DNA from: Promethearchaeia archaeon
GTDB taxonomy: Archaea > Asgardarchaeota > Lokiarchaeia > Sigyniarchaeales > SOKP01
Direction of reading: 5' to 3'
Length of the DNA stretch: 58,236 nt
NCBI GenBank assembly: GCA_029856105.1
Contig: JAHQWH010000019.1
Span: 1-58,236, forward strand
Position 1 is the stretch's first letter; every line of letters starts with the position of its first letter. Positions 41,551 to 50,969 of the stretch are shown one piece after another. A model generated the notes under the pieces. The model saw only the letters and a program-made list of their open reading frames with translations. It did not search any database and was not told the DNA's origin. A program made the position numbers and the translations under genes.

Positions 41551-41847
41551 TTAAACAATTTCAAAACATGTTTTTAAATCCATCCCGGGTTCTAATAACG
41601 GAGCTAATTTCACAGTTGCTTTAGCTAAGTTAGCCATGTGTGTTTTCATCGCTTCTTCGCTTTCATATTTCTCGTAAAAAATAATAGTATTTTTAAACTT
41701 ACGACCTGCGACTGTGTGAGGAATGTATTCTAAAGTTCCTGGTTCCGAAGCTTTTATTTGGGGGACAATCTCCTTCAAAACTTCAATTGCCTCATCGAGT
41801 TTACCTTCTTTTACATTAATTGTGGCTATTATTGTTACCATTTTCAT
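41551..41847 (-). CDS. Antibiotic biosynthesis monooxygenase (ABM) family protein
   Basis: EPGTLEY, FYEKY..EEA..H. Confidence 0.85.
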   Translation of the reverse strand: MKMVTIIATINVKEGKLDEAIEVLKEIVPQIKASEPGTLEYIPHTVAGRKFKNTIIFYEKYESEEAMKTHMANLAKATVKLAPLLEPGMDLKTCFEIV

Positions 41848-42002
41848 TTAACCTCGTACATCTAATTTTGAATTAAGTAATTAAGTGAAAAATCCATATA
41901 AGTAAAAGTATCCTAAATTAATTATACCTTAAAACCTATCTTAAATTATTATCAATTGAAGTAATACTTAAATAAAGATAAGAAAATATTAGGAAAGAAA
42001 TC

Positions 42003-43865
42003 ATGATTCCAAAAAAAATGGATGATTATCTTCACGAGAACCTTCCGGAAGCTACTCTAAAAAATAGACTTAAAAAAGATAACGGGAAGTGTTATCTAGA
42101 ATTTACCAATGTTGACGAGCATCTTTTATCAAGGTTGGGAATTGTAAGCGATAGACTTGGACCCCAACTTGTAGTCTGTATGTGGGATGAAAGCTCACAA
42201 TTAGAAATTGGTGGGTATTTAGTAGTCGATAACCTTTCTATGGGAAGACCATCTATGGGTGGTATTCGAATGTTACCAGACATAACTCCCGCTGACATAC
42301 ATAATTTAGCTCGAGGTATGACTCTAAAAAACGCAGCTGCTAACCTTCCTTATGGGGGTGGAAAATCAGGTATTGTGGCTGAGCGAACTATCTCTCCTGA
42401 AGAACACGATAAAGTAATTAGCGGTTTTGCCCGTTTGATACGACAATATAAAGATGTTTATGTTCCAGGTCCAGATGTTGGAACTAAAGATGCTGATATG
42501 AAATTAGTTGCTATAGAAAATGGATTGGATAGCGCTGTATCTAAACCAGCTGATATGGGAGGTAATCGAATAGATGAATTAGGGGGTGCAGCGGGAGGGG
42601 TTGTGATTGCGTTGCAAACTTTGTTGAAAATTCTGCCGCGATTGAGAGTTCTCCCTCAATTTGTTAATTTAGAAATACCCGAAGAGAGAGATCTCACGGT
42701 AATTATTCAAGGATTTGGAGCTGTTGGAGCACATGCTTCACGTATACTAAAAGAACGAATCTCTGATGCTAAAGTAATAGGTATAAGTGATTTGGAAGGT
42801 TATTTATATAATGAAAATGGGCTTCCAATTGAAGAACTTTTCGGTTTATGGAAAAACTTTGGCTTAGTTACTAATACATATTTTAAAGATAAGGTTGCAC
42901 CCGAGGGATATAAACATCCAACCAAATATTCTACAAACGCTAATAACTTACTTCTTGAGAATGCTTTCTGTATGGTACCTGCTGCTCCAATATTTAATTA
43001 TTTAGGCGTACGCTCTTCTGATGAAGCATCGATGTTGGTCGATCGAATGGGAAAATGGTCTGTAATTATTGAAGGTGCAAATACATACTCTCCAGATCCC
43101 AATAGAAGGGCAGCTAGAACCCGCATGGAGCAAATAGTGTATGGAGAAAAAGGAGTGATGATAGCTAACGATTATTTAGTTAATTCAGGGGGTGTAATTT
43201 TTGCCGCTCAAGAACATATTATCAAGACACCTGAAAACCTTCAAATACCGGATGAAATGCTAGGAAATCATGTAGAAGTAGAAAAATGGCTGAAGGATCA
43301 CGAAGTTGACTTTGCTAAACTATCAAAACAACGCCTAATAGCGGGAGAGGAATATAGAGAAAATGTTATTCACCATAACATGATTGAACTAGTTGATTTA
43401 TTAGCAGCTAACCCAGACATGCTACCTTGTACAGCTGCGCAGCGTGTAAGCATCCAACGACTTTCTGCAAAAGAAAGCCAACGAACTGCTAAGGATATAA
43501 TGGTTCCGACTCCAACAATAGATATGAACAGTAGCATGCAAGATGCTGCCAAGCTAATGATCGACAAAAACAGCGGTATAATAGCCGTTCTTTCCGAAGG
43601 TAAACTTATAGGAGTTGCAACCGATTGGGATATAACCCAAGCTACTGCTGATGGGGTGTGTGATGTTATCGTTGAAAAAATTATGACTAAAGATGTCATA
43701 ACAGCCTCTCCGGATTATACTATGCTAGACATTGTACGTGAATTAGAACAATATCAAATTTCTGCTATGCCAGTTGTTAAGGACGGAAAGGTTTTAGGAA
43801 AAGTAAGTTCAGATTTAATTACACAACGTTATGTCTTAAGTCTTTTACAAGATCACAGAATTTAG
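42003..43865 (+). CDS. Glu/Leu/Phe/Val dehydrogenase fused to a C-terminal CBS pair
   Basis: GGIRM, LARGMTLKNA, GGGKSG, GPDVGT, QGFGAVG, EGAN, NSGGV; C-terminal AKDIM...IMTKDVIT...MPVV CBS pair. Confidence 0.88.
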   Translation: MIPKKMDDYLHENLPEATLKNRLKKDNGKCYLEFTNVDEHLLSRLGIVSDRLGPQLVVCMWDESSQLEIGGYLVVDNLSMGRPSMGGIRMLPDITPADIHNLARGMTLKNAAANLPYGGGKSGIVAERTISPEEHDKVISGFARLIRQYKDVYVPGPDVGTKDADMKLVAIENGLDSAVSKPADMGGNRIDELGGAAGGVVIALQTLLKILPRLRVLPQFVNLEIPEERDLTVIIQGFGAVGAHASRILKERISDAKVIGISDLEGYLYNENGLPIEELFGLWKNFGLVTNTYFKDKVAPEGYKHPTKYSTNANNLLLENAFCMVPAAPIFNYLGVRSSDEASMLVDRMGKWSVIIEGANTYSPDPNRRAARTRMEQIVYGEKGVMIANDYLVNSGGVIFAAQEHIIKTPENLQIPDEMLGNHVEVEKWLKDHEVDFAKLSKQRLIAGEEYRENVIHHNMIELVDLLAANPDMLPCTAAQRVSIQRLSAKESQRTAKDIMVPTPTIDMNSSMQDAAKLMIDKNSGIIAVLSEGKLIGVATDWDITQATADGVCDVIVEKIMTKDVITASPDYTMLDIVRELEQYQISAMPVVKDGKVLGKVSSDLITQRYVLSLLQDHRI

Positions 43866-44986
43866 TGAAATTTTAAGATTTTATATAATGTGTCTCTCTG
43901 TGCTGGGCGTTTCCCTGCCGCTTTAATAATTTTCATTATTTCCTCTGGAGATAAATACTCTCCAAATTCCGCACCTGCACTTTTTGATATATTTTCTTCC
44001 ATTAATGTCCCAGAAAAATCGTTTACTCCGTAATTAAGAGATACTTGAGCAAATTTTGGACCCAATTTAACCCAAGAACATTGAATATTATCAATGTAAT
44101 TATTGAAAAATATTCTTGCTACACAGAAGAGTTTCAAATCGGCCATTCCAAAACTTGGTTTTAAAGGAAAACCTGTTAGGGTCGATAGCATTGGTTTTTC
44201 CTTAACAAAGGGTAATGGAACAAATTCAGTAAAACCTGAAGTCTCTTTTTGAATCTTCCTTAAAACCTCAAGATGTTTGATTCTGTCTCGTAAATCCTCG
44301 ATATGTCCATACATCATAGTTGACGTAGTAGGGATACTTAATTTATGAGCTGTACTTATCACATTAATCCATTGAGATGTTGATAATTTATTGGGGCATA
44401 TGATTTTTCTAACATCATCAACTAAAATTTCAGCGGCAGTGCCGGGCATTGAATCTAATCCCGCTTTCTTTAATTCTTTTAATGTATTTTCAATAGAATT
44501 CCCATATAATTTTGACATATAAAATACTTCTTGAGGTGAAAAAGCATGTGTATGCATGTTAGCATCGACATCTTTTACATTTTTCAAAATTTTTAGGTAA
44601 TAGTCAAAACTAAGTTCGGGATTTATTCCACCTTGGATACAAACCTCTGTACAACCAGCAGTTTTAGCGTCCAAAACTTTTTTTCTAATTTCTTCATGAG
44701 TTTGTAAAAAACTTCCTTTATCCTTATTTGAAACGCTAAAAGAGCAAAATTTACAATCCTGATAGCAGATATTTGTAAAATTTATATTTTGATTTATAAT
44801 AAATGTTACAAGGTTATTTTTCTTCTCAAAACAAATCTGATCAGCTATTTGTTGCAAGGCAATAAATTCTTTCCCTGTAACTTTTAGAAGTTTTAATGCT
44901 TCTTCTGAGGATATTTCCTCTAAATCCTCTGCTTTTTTAAGAATTCTTTTTATTTCTGGCTCGATGTGATTATATATCTGAGGCAT
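43862..44986 (-). CDS. cofH: FO synthase subunit 2 (F420 biosynthesis)
   Basis: NFTNICYQDCKFC, QGG, MPGTAAEIL, TMMYGH, FTEFVPL, SWVKLG, GTLMEENIS. Confidence 0.9.
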   Translation of the reverse strand: MPQIYNHIEPEIKRILKKAEDLEEISSEEALKLLKVTGKEFIALQQIADQICFEKKNNLVTFIINQNINFTNICYQDCKFCSFSVSNKDKGSFLQTHEEIRKKVLDAKTAGCTEVCIQGGINPELSFDYYLKILKNVKDVDANMHTHAFSPQEVFYMSKLYGNSIENTLKELKKAGLDSMPGTAAEILVDDVRKIICPNKLSTSQWINVISTAHKLSIPTTSTMMYGHIEDLRDRIKHLEVLRKIQKETSGFTEFVPLPFVKEKPMLSTLTGFPLKPSFGMADLKLFCVARIFFNNYIDNIQCSWVKLGPKFAQVSLNYGVNDFSGTLMEENISKSAGAEFGEYLSPEEIMKIIKAAGKRPAQRDTLYKILKFH

Positions 44987-46091
44987 TTTGATTAATATTA
45001 TCTATCGTTTTTTTAATATTTTCTGAACAGAAACCTGTTTTATTAATATATTTTTTATATATTGGGAGTCTTTCTTCCAGTTTATACCCTTTTTTTTCAC
45101 AAATCTTTTTTAAATAATCTATTTTAGGCCAAGTATGCTCCGGGTTGATATAATCTAAGGTAAAAGGGGAGATTCCACCAAAATCATCAATACCCATTTC
45201 TATGGCTTCTTTCTCGTAATTTTGAATTAAATTGGGAGGGACTTGAATAACAATCTCATTCTCAAATATTAATTTTGCGATTCCAGCAGTTTTAAGGGTT
45301 TCTTCAATAGTTATGGGGTTTTTTGGGTGATATCGTATACCCTTTTTCTCTATAAAGTTTTGTATAATCACTTCTTGTATTTGACCATATTGAAGATTGA
45401 TTTCCTTAATTAAAAACAGATCTTTTATCCTATCTTCAAAATTCTCTCCAATTCCTAATAATAAACCAGTAGTGAAAGGTATTTTTAACTTTCCCGCATT
45501 TTTAATGTGTTCGATTCGATTTTCAGGTATTTTACCAGGCGAGTTTTCGTGAACTCCACCGCTTTTAAAAAGATTTTTGCAAGTACTCTCTAACATTAAA
45601 CCCATACTAGCGTTATATTCCTTTAAACATTTTAATTGCTCAAATGTAAGCAAGCCAATGTTGGTATGGGGTAAAAAATTCATGTTTAATAGATTTGTGC
45701 TTAGATTCTTAACAAATTGTAGGAAATCTCCAAAATTTCTTTTTTTTAACTCTTTCTGAACTATTTGAAAGCTATCTGGAAGTTCACCCGAAATTAATAG
45801 AGCTTCCTTACATCCATATTTTGCCGCATTTTGAATTATCAAATCGACTTTTTCATCTTCAATTAACACAACATTTTTTTCCCCCTTTTCTTTAGCGATC
45901 ATATGATTATAAAAACAATAACCGCATTGATTTTGACAATAATTAGAAAGAGAAAGGGTGAAATTCTTTGAATAGGTTATAATTTTTTGCTCTTCTTTAT
46001 CTAAATGATTTTTTATTTCATTAACTTTTTCTTTTAACTTTCTAATTGATAAAGCTTTTAATTCTTTTATTTTTTTTGTATCTTCCGTCAT
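44970..46091 (-). CDS. cofG: FO synthase subunit 1 (F420 biosynthesis)
   Basis: TYSKN, CQNQCGYC, PHTNIG, NASMGLMLE, FTTGLLLGIGE, QVPPNL, GGISP. Confidence 0.9.
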   Translation of the reverse strand: MTEDTKKIKELKALSIRKLKEKVNEIKNHLDKEEQKIITYSKNFTLSLSNYCQNQCGYCFYNHMIAKEKGEKNVVLIEDEKVDLIIQNAAKYGCKEALLISGELPDSFQIVQKELKKRNFGDFLQFVKNLSTNLLNMNFLPHTNIGLLTFEQLKCLKEYNASMGLMLESTCKNLFKSGGVHENSPGKIPENRIEHIKNAGKLKIPFTTGLLLGIGENFEDRIKDLFLIKEINLQYGQIQEVIIQNFIEKKGIRYHPKNPITIEETLKTAGIAKLIFENEIVIQVPPNLIQNYEKEAIEMGIDDFGGISPFTLDYINPEHTWPKIDYLKKICEKKGYKLEERLPIYKKYINKTGFCSENIKKTIDNINQNASDI

Positions 46092-46756
46092 TTTCTTCTT
46101 ATATATTTTAGAATTACGTAATTATTTCTATGGTCCACATCAGATAAGATAAATCTAGGGCTTTCAATCATTTTTGAAAAACCCTCTCCTTCTACTAAGC
46201 TAATAGCATCTACACCGCCAACGATCCAAGGGGCAATCGTTAACCTTATTTCGTCTACTAAATTATCTTTAATAAAACTCCAATTCAAATTGCCGCCTCC
46301 CTCTAGTAGAATCTTTTTTATACCATTTTGATATAAAATTGGCATGAGTTTAACAACATCAACTCTGCTCCCTTTGCCTGATTTTATAATCTTGATGTTT
46401 TTTAATTCGAAATCTTTTATTTTCTCCATAGACCCATTTTCAGTTATACATATGATCGTGGGGTAAATTTCTGGTTTATATTTTATCACATTTGAATTAA
46501 TTGGTATTGAAAGAGTACTATCTAACACAATTCGATAATATCCGCTATGATCGAAATATTTTATATGAAGCTTTGGATTATCTTTTAAAATCGTCCCTAT
46601 ACCGACCATAATTGCATCTACCTCTGTTCTTAGTTTATGTACGGCTTTCCAGTCTTCTTCGTCAGAAATGTCTGGATCTCCTATTTTAGAAGCAATTTTA
46701 CCGTCAATTGTCATGGCAGCGCTTAAAATTACGTAAGGATGCTTATTTCCTTTCAA
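46088..46756 (-). CDS. arfC: 2,5-diamino-6-(ribosylamino)-4(3H)-pyrimidinone 5'-phosphate reductase (RibD_C/Rib7)
   Basis: AMTIDGKIA, VHKLR..DAIMVG..T.L.DNP, LLEGGG; no deaminase domain. Confidence 0.85.
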   Translation of the reverse strand: MKGNKHPYVILSAAMTIDGKIASKIGDPDISDEEDWKAVHKLRTEVDAIMVGIGTILKDNPKLHIKYFDHSGYYRIVLDSTLSIPINSNVIKYKPEIYPTIICITENGSMEKIKDFELKNIKIIKSGKGSRVDVVKLMPILYQNGIKKILLEGGGNLNWSFIKDNLVDEIRLTIAPWIVGGVDAISLVEGEGFSKMIESPRFILSDVDHRNNYVILKYIRRK

Positions 46757-47915
46757 ATACTACCTCACCTTTAATATATGTTTTTCTGATATTTTCAGAC
46801 TTTGATCTTTGGACAATAATCGGATAAATGTTTTTGTGATCAATCTTATATGAATAATAGTTTGGGTCAGATAAATTTAGTAAAAAAAAATCAGCGTATT
46901 TTCCCTTTGAAATTGACCCAAATTTATTTTCTAATCCAAAGTTTTTAGCAGCATTAATGCTTACCATTTTCAATAAATCTTTTGAAGAAAAATTATTATT
47001 ATTTTTATTAGTTGATAAAACACGAGAAATTCTATATAAATAGCGCATTTCTTCGAACAAATCAATCGTGTTTGCCATTACATTATCAGTCCCTAAACTT
47101 ACAGGAATCTTTAAACTATTAATTTCGGTTATTGGTGGAAATCCAACTCCAAAATAACCATTACATCGAGGACATAAAACTATAGAAATATTTTTACTCT
47201 TTATACTCTCTAAATCTTCTCTTGTATAATGAGTACCATGTATAATTACATCGATTAAATCATCGTTTATTATTTCGTTAAAAAGTAGCTCGTTTCTCGA
47301 GAGTTCAGCGTCGTGGCAGGCTATTATTTTTTTTAAATATTCTTTTTTTAAACTACTTAATTTTTCCTTGCTTTTAGTTGAAATATTCTTATAACTAGCA
47401 AATCCTAAGCCATCTGCATTTTTAAACACAATTTCAACATCAACTGAATTATTATCCCTTCCTAAAATGAGCTTATTAATAGGAGAATCTTTTAAAGTTT
47501 CTTTTAAAAGATCAACACCTTTTAACCCGTTTTCTCGAAAGTCTACAAAGAATGTTATGCCATTTGCTAACATTTCTAAAACTGCTTTTTTTATTCCTTC
47601 TATTTTAATTTCGTTTGAGATTATATTTAACAATTTATGCTTTAATCCGTTTGGAGGGGCAACTACATCAATTAAATCTTTGTTAAATCCCTCCTCTTTC
47701 GCAAAACTATCGCCAATATGAATATGGGAATTAATTAGTCCTGGAACTAATAAAGTACTTCGTTCTTTCCTCGAGATCTCAATATTATTTGTAATATTTT
47801 CGAAAGAAAGAGTAATAATCTTTCCGTCTTTATCTACTTCTATTGAAATATTTTTTTTTAGCTCTAAATCGTCTCCAATTAGCCCATATTTACTATATAT
47901 CGCAGTTTTAGGCAT
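46743..47915 (-). CDS. Metal-dependent amidohydrolase/deaminase family protein
   Basis: PGLINSHIHIGD, DFRE, HDAE, IHGT, CPRCN, LGTDN, GKYADF. Confidence 0.85.
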   Translation of the reverse strand: MPKTAIYSKYGLIGDDLELKKNISIEVDKDGKIITLSFENITNNIEISRKERSTLLVPGLINSHIHIGDSFAKEEGFNKDLIDVVAPPNGLKHKLLNIISNEIKIEGIKKAVLEMLANGITFFVDFRENGLKGVDLLKETLKDSPINKLILGRDNNSVDVEIVFKNADGLGFASYKNISTKSKEKLSSLKKEYLKKIIACHDAELSRNELLFNEIINDDLIDVIIHGTHYTREDLESIKSKNISIVLCPRCNGYFGVGFPPITEINSLKIPVSLGTDNVMANTIDLFEEMRYLYRISRVLSTNKNNNNFSSKDLLKMVSINAAKNFGLENKFGSISKGKYADFFLLNLSDPNYYSYKIDHKNIYPIIVQRSKSENIRKTYIKGEVVFERK

Positions 47916-48034
47916 ATTAAATTCAAATTTTATTTATTCCTATTTCAAGAAATAATATAATAGAAAATATATTATAAAAATTATTAAAATTGGTACCTCA
48001 TATAAATAACGAGTAAAAAAATTGGTGTTAATTT

Positions 48035-48991
48035 ATTCATCAGTTTAAGAAAGATTTACAAGGTTCTGGTTCGATAGTTGATATTCCAATCGATAAAGTT
48101 GGTATTGTGGGAGTAGAAAAAAAAGTCGAGATTATTCAAGAAAATAAACGGTTTTCTTTTTACCCCAAAATATCTGCCTTAATCTCTTTGCCAGCTCAAC
48201 AGCGTGGCATACATATGTCGCGAACCTCAGAAACTATTGAAGAAATAATAAATGAAGTAATTTTTAAACCCACTCCATCGGTTGAATTAGTCGGAGACAG
48301 GATTGCTAGAAAATTGTTAGAACGGCATCCGTATACCGAAAAGGTTCATGTAAAATTAGAAGGAAAAATAATTGTTCAATGTAAAGACGAACGACAGAGA
48401 ACAATTCAAAAAGCATATGAGATTAGCTCATTTGTAAAGGCAAAGAAGAGAGAACAAGAAGAAGTCGATTTTAGTTATTACATTGGAGCCAGTGCTGTTG
48501 GTATGACGGTTTGCCCCTGTGCTAAGGAAATGAGCCAAGAATACGCTGCAGAAGTTATTAAAAATAGGCAAGATGTTAACCTTTCTGATGATGTAGTTAA
48601 AACTCTTCTTAATATCCTACCATTTAGCTCTCATAATCAACGTTCAATTGGAACCATAATTGTTCAAATAAAAGATTTAAATAGCAATAAGATAGATGTG
48701 TTAGATATCATTGATATTATTGAAGAATCAATGAGTGGAAAAATACAGTCTGTTCTGAAAAGACCTGAAGAAGCCAAACTTGTCAGAATTGCTCATTTAA
48801 AACCGCTATTTTCTGAAGACGTAGTAAGAGAAATGGCTAAAAACTTCATCTTAAGAGATTTTCCAAACATAGAAGATGATTTCAAAATTACTTTTAAGAT
48901 TGAAAGTTTTGAATCTATTCATCCTCATAATGTTTATTCTGAGTTAAAAACTAGAGTGGGTGAGTTGAGAAAAATTATAAAAATGTCGTAA
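48035..48991 (+). CDS. mptA: GTP cyclohydrolase MptA/FolE2 family; start extended to ATT 48035
   Basis: RGIHMSR, TVCPC, HNQRS, LKRPEE, FSEDVVR, ESIHPH. The upstream in-frame DLQ...IPIDKVGIVG is the conserved N-terminus, and GGTG lies 7 nt before the ATT. Confidence 0.88.
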   Translation: MHQFKKDLQGSGSIVDIPIDKVGIVGVEKKVEIIQENKRFSFYPKISALISLPAQQRGIHMSRTSETIEEIINEVIFKPTPSVELVGDRIARKLLERHPYTEKVHVKLEGKIIVQCKDERQRTIQKAYEISSFVKAKKREQEEVDFSYYIGASAVGMTVCPCAKEMSQEYAAEVIKNRQDVNLSDDVVKTLLNILPFSSHNQRSIGTIIVQIKDLNSNKIDVLDIIDIIEESMSGKIQSVLKRPEEAKLVRIAHLKPLFSEDVVREMAKNFILRDFPNIEDDFKITFKIESFESIHPHNVYSELKTRVGELRKIIKMS

Positions 48992-49005
48992 TAATTTTTA
49001 TTTAC

Positions 49006-50121
49006 CTATCTTTTCTTCTTTAAAAAATGTCTATAGACAATTAAATAATTTTTTACAGATATCATTCTAGGATTACGCCTAAAACCTGATGGTATAACAG
49101 CACTACAACGTGAGCAGAGGTTTGAAGTTCGCATCCAATCTTTAAATTCATCAGCATGTGCGGGATATCTGCAATTTGGACATACAACAATTCCTCTGCC
49201 TCTATCTCCGGGAAGTTTTGGTAAATTAAAACAAAAGATACATTTGAAATCATCTACTGTAAGATATGATGCTTTTGGTTTATATTTATTTAGATCACGA
49301 ACTTTTGAAGTTGGTTTAACACGAGTAGTACGTGAAGTATTTGTTGTTCTAGTCCTTGCCGTTTGTTTATGTGATGTAGGGGTTGTTCTTGACGATTGGG
49401 TTCTAGATCTTGTTGTATGTGTAGTTGTCCTAGTTGATGGAGATGTATTAGTTGTGCGTGTTGTGCGTACTCTTTGTCTCTGGGTTGAAGGTGTGGTCAA
49501 ATTATTGATCCTTCTAGTACGGTCAGCAATGTAATCCCGAGTTAACGTTGGTATTGATGAACCAGTACTAGTAAATCCAAAAACAATTAATATTAAAACT
49601 ATAGCTATGAAAAGTAATAGGAGATTTAAGTCTAGTAGAGTAAAATTATAAAAAGTTATCCAATAAGCAATAATAAAAATAAGAACTGAGAACGATAGAA
49701 TATATCCCAATGTCCTTGCTTTTACTGATTTTTTTCCAAAATAGATTATATTATATTTCTTAAAACAACGATATAAAGAATATAAACCATACATTACGAA
49801 TGGAAAAGCAAAAATTAGACTCCAAAAACTAAAATACACGCCACTGATAAGACTCTCTCCCAATAGACCAGTAAAAGAGCCCCATATGGAGTAAAAAATC
49901 CCGATAAATAATGGAAGAACCACAAAAAATGCAGTATTATGTGGTGAATTAAACTCGCGGTGGTGCTTGATATTTTCAAAAATCCTTAAAATAAATATTA
50001 TCCATAATCCGATTAATAACCATGTAAAAAAAAAAGCTAAAGAATATGAGATTAAACCATGAATTAAGCCAATTATTAGAAAAATAATAGCTATTATCCT
50101 TAACACTTTTTTTTTAACCAT
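49006..50121 (-). CDS. Six-TM membrane protein with Thr/Arg-rich linker and C-terminal RING-like zinc finger (candidate E3 ligase)
   Basis: About six hydrophobic segments; CIFC...VVCPNCRYPAHADEFKDW...CSRC; last gene of the Ubl-E1-E2-JAB operon. Confidence 0.75.
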   Translation of the reverse strand: MVKKKVLRIIAIIFLIIGLIHGLISYSLAFFFTWLLIGLWIIFILRIFENIKHHREFNSPHNTAFFVVLPLFIGIFYSIWGSFTGLLGESLISGVYFSFWSLIFAFPFVMYGLYSLYRCFKKYNIIYFGKKSVKARTLGYILSFSVLIFIIAYWITFYNFTLLDLNLLLLFIAIVLILIVFGFTSTGSSIPTLTRDYIADRTRRINNLTTPSTQRQRVRTTRTTNTSPSTRTTTHTTRSRTQSSRTTPTSHKQTARTRTTNTSRTTRVKPTSKVRDLNKYKPKASYLTVDDFKCIFCFNLPKLPGDRGRGIVVCPNCRYPAHADEFKDWMRTSNLCSRCSAVIPSGFRRNPRMISVKNYLIVYRHFLKKKR

Positions 50122-50150
50122 GGTTTAATTTTCACCTCAAAAACTATTCA

Positions 50151-50969
50151 TTATTCTTCATCATATTCTAAATAAACTGGTTTTCCTTCAATAATAGGAT
50201 TCATAAAATCTAAAATTTCTGGTAACATTCTCACATCTAAATGCCCCTTAATATCAAAGGGAATTGAAAACCATTTTTTTGTTTTAAAATTAGCACGATA
50301 AATTTCAAAACCTAAAGATTTCCCGTTAATCTGATATGGATCAATAACAAGCGCAATAGCCTTATCCCATAATTTTTGATATCTTGCTTGAGTTCCTAAG
50401 TCTTCTCGTGACATAAAACATCCATAGGAAGGATGAGAATGATACCATCCACAAATAAACTGATTATTTTTTTTAATATCCTTGAATGCTCTAACGTAAT
50501 TTCTATAATCTTTAATTTCAGCATATACTGCTGTACCATGCCCCATCGGATACGCATCTTCAACATGGAGAATTCCTTTTTTATTATCGTATTTTCCTGC
50601 AAGCAACCCTATTACTTCAACCCAATTCTCTCTTCGGATTTTAGAATGTGCATATTTTAATGAATGGCTAGAGATCTTAAGGATAGATTTTACAGTCAAA
50701 GATATTTCAACTTTATCATTTCTAGCTACAGTTTTTATTGTGTCCATAGGAATTGGTTCAAGTTTGGCTTTAATTTCTTCTGAATGCTTTAAAGGCTTTG
50801 CGTTAATAAGCTCAGTTGTTAATTCTTCTTGCAATTCTTCTAGTTGTAATTCGGTATATACTTCTTCAAGCAATTCCTTTTTAATTTTTTCCTTAATTTT
50901 CTGTTTTATTGAATCTCTGAGCGCTTTATCATCACTATTCATAATACATTCACCATTTATCTTTTGCAT
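50151..50969 (-). CDS. JAB1/MPN+ (JAMM) metalloprotease with N-terminal coiled coil (likely start ATG 50942)
   Basis: EVIGLL...GWYHSHPSYGCFMSREDLGTQ, ALVIDP; GGTGA RBS before 50942. Confidence 0.92.
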   Translation of the reverse strand: MQKINGECIMNSDDKALRDSIKQKIKEKIKKELLEEVYTELQLEELQEELTTELINAKPLKHSEEIKAKLEPIPMDTIKTVARNDKVEISLTVKSILKISSHSLKYAHSKIRRENWVEVIGLLAGKYDNKKGILHVEDAYPMGHGTAVYAEIKDYRNYVRAFKDIKKNNQFICGWYHSHPSYGCFMSREDLGTQARYQKLWDKAIALVIDPYQINGKSLGFEIYRANFKTKKWFSIPFDIKGHLDVRMLPEILDFMNPIIEGKPVYLEYDEE

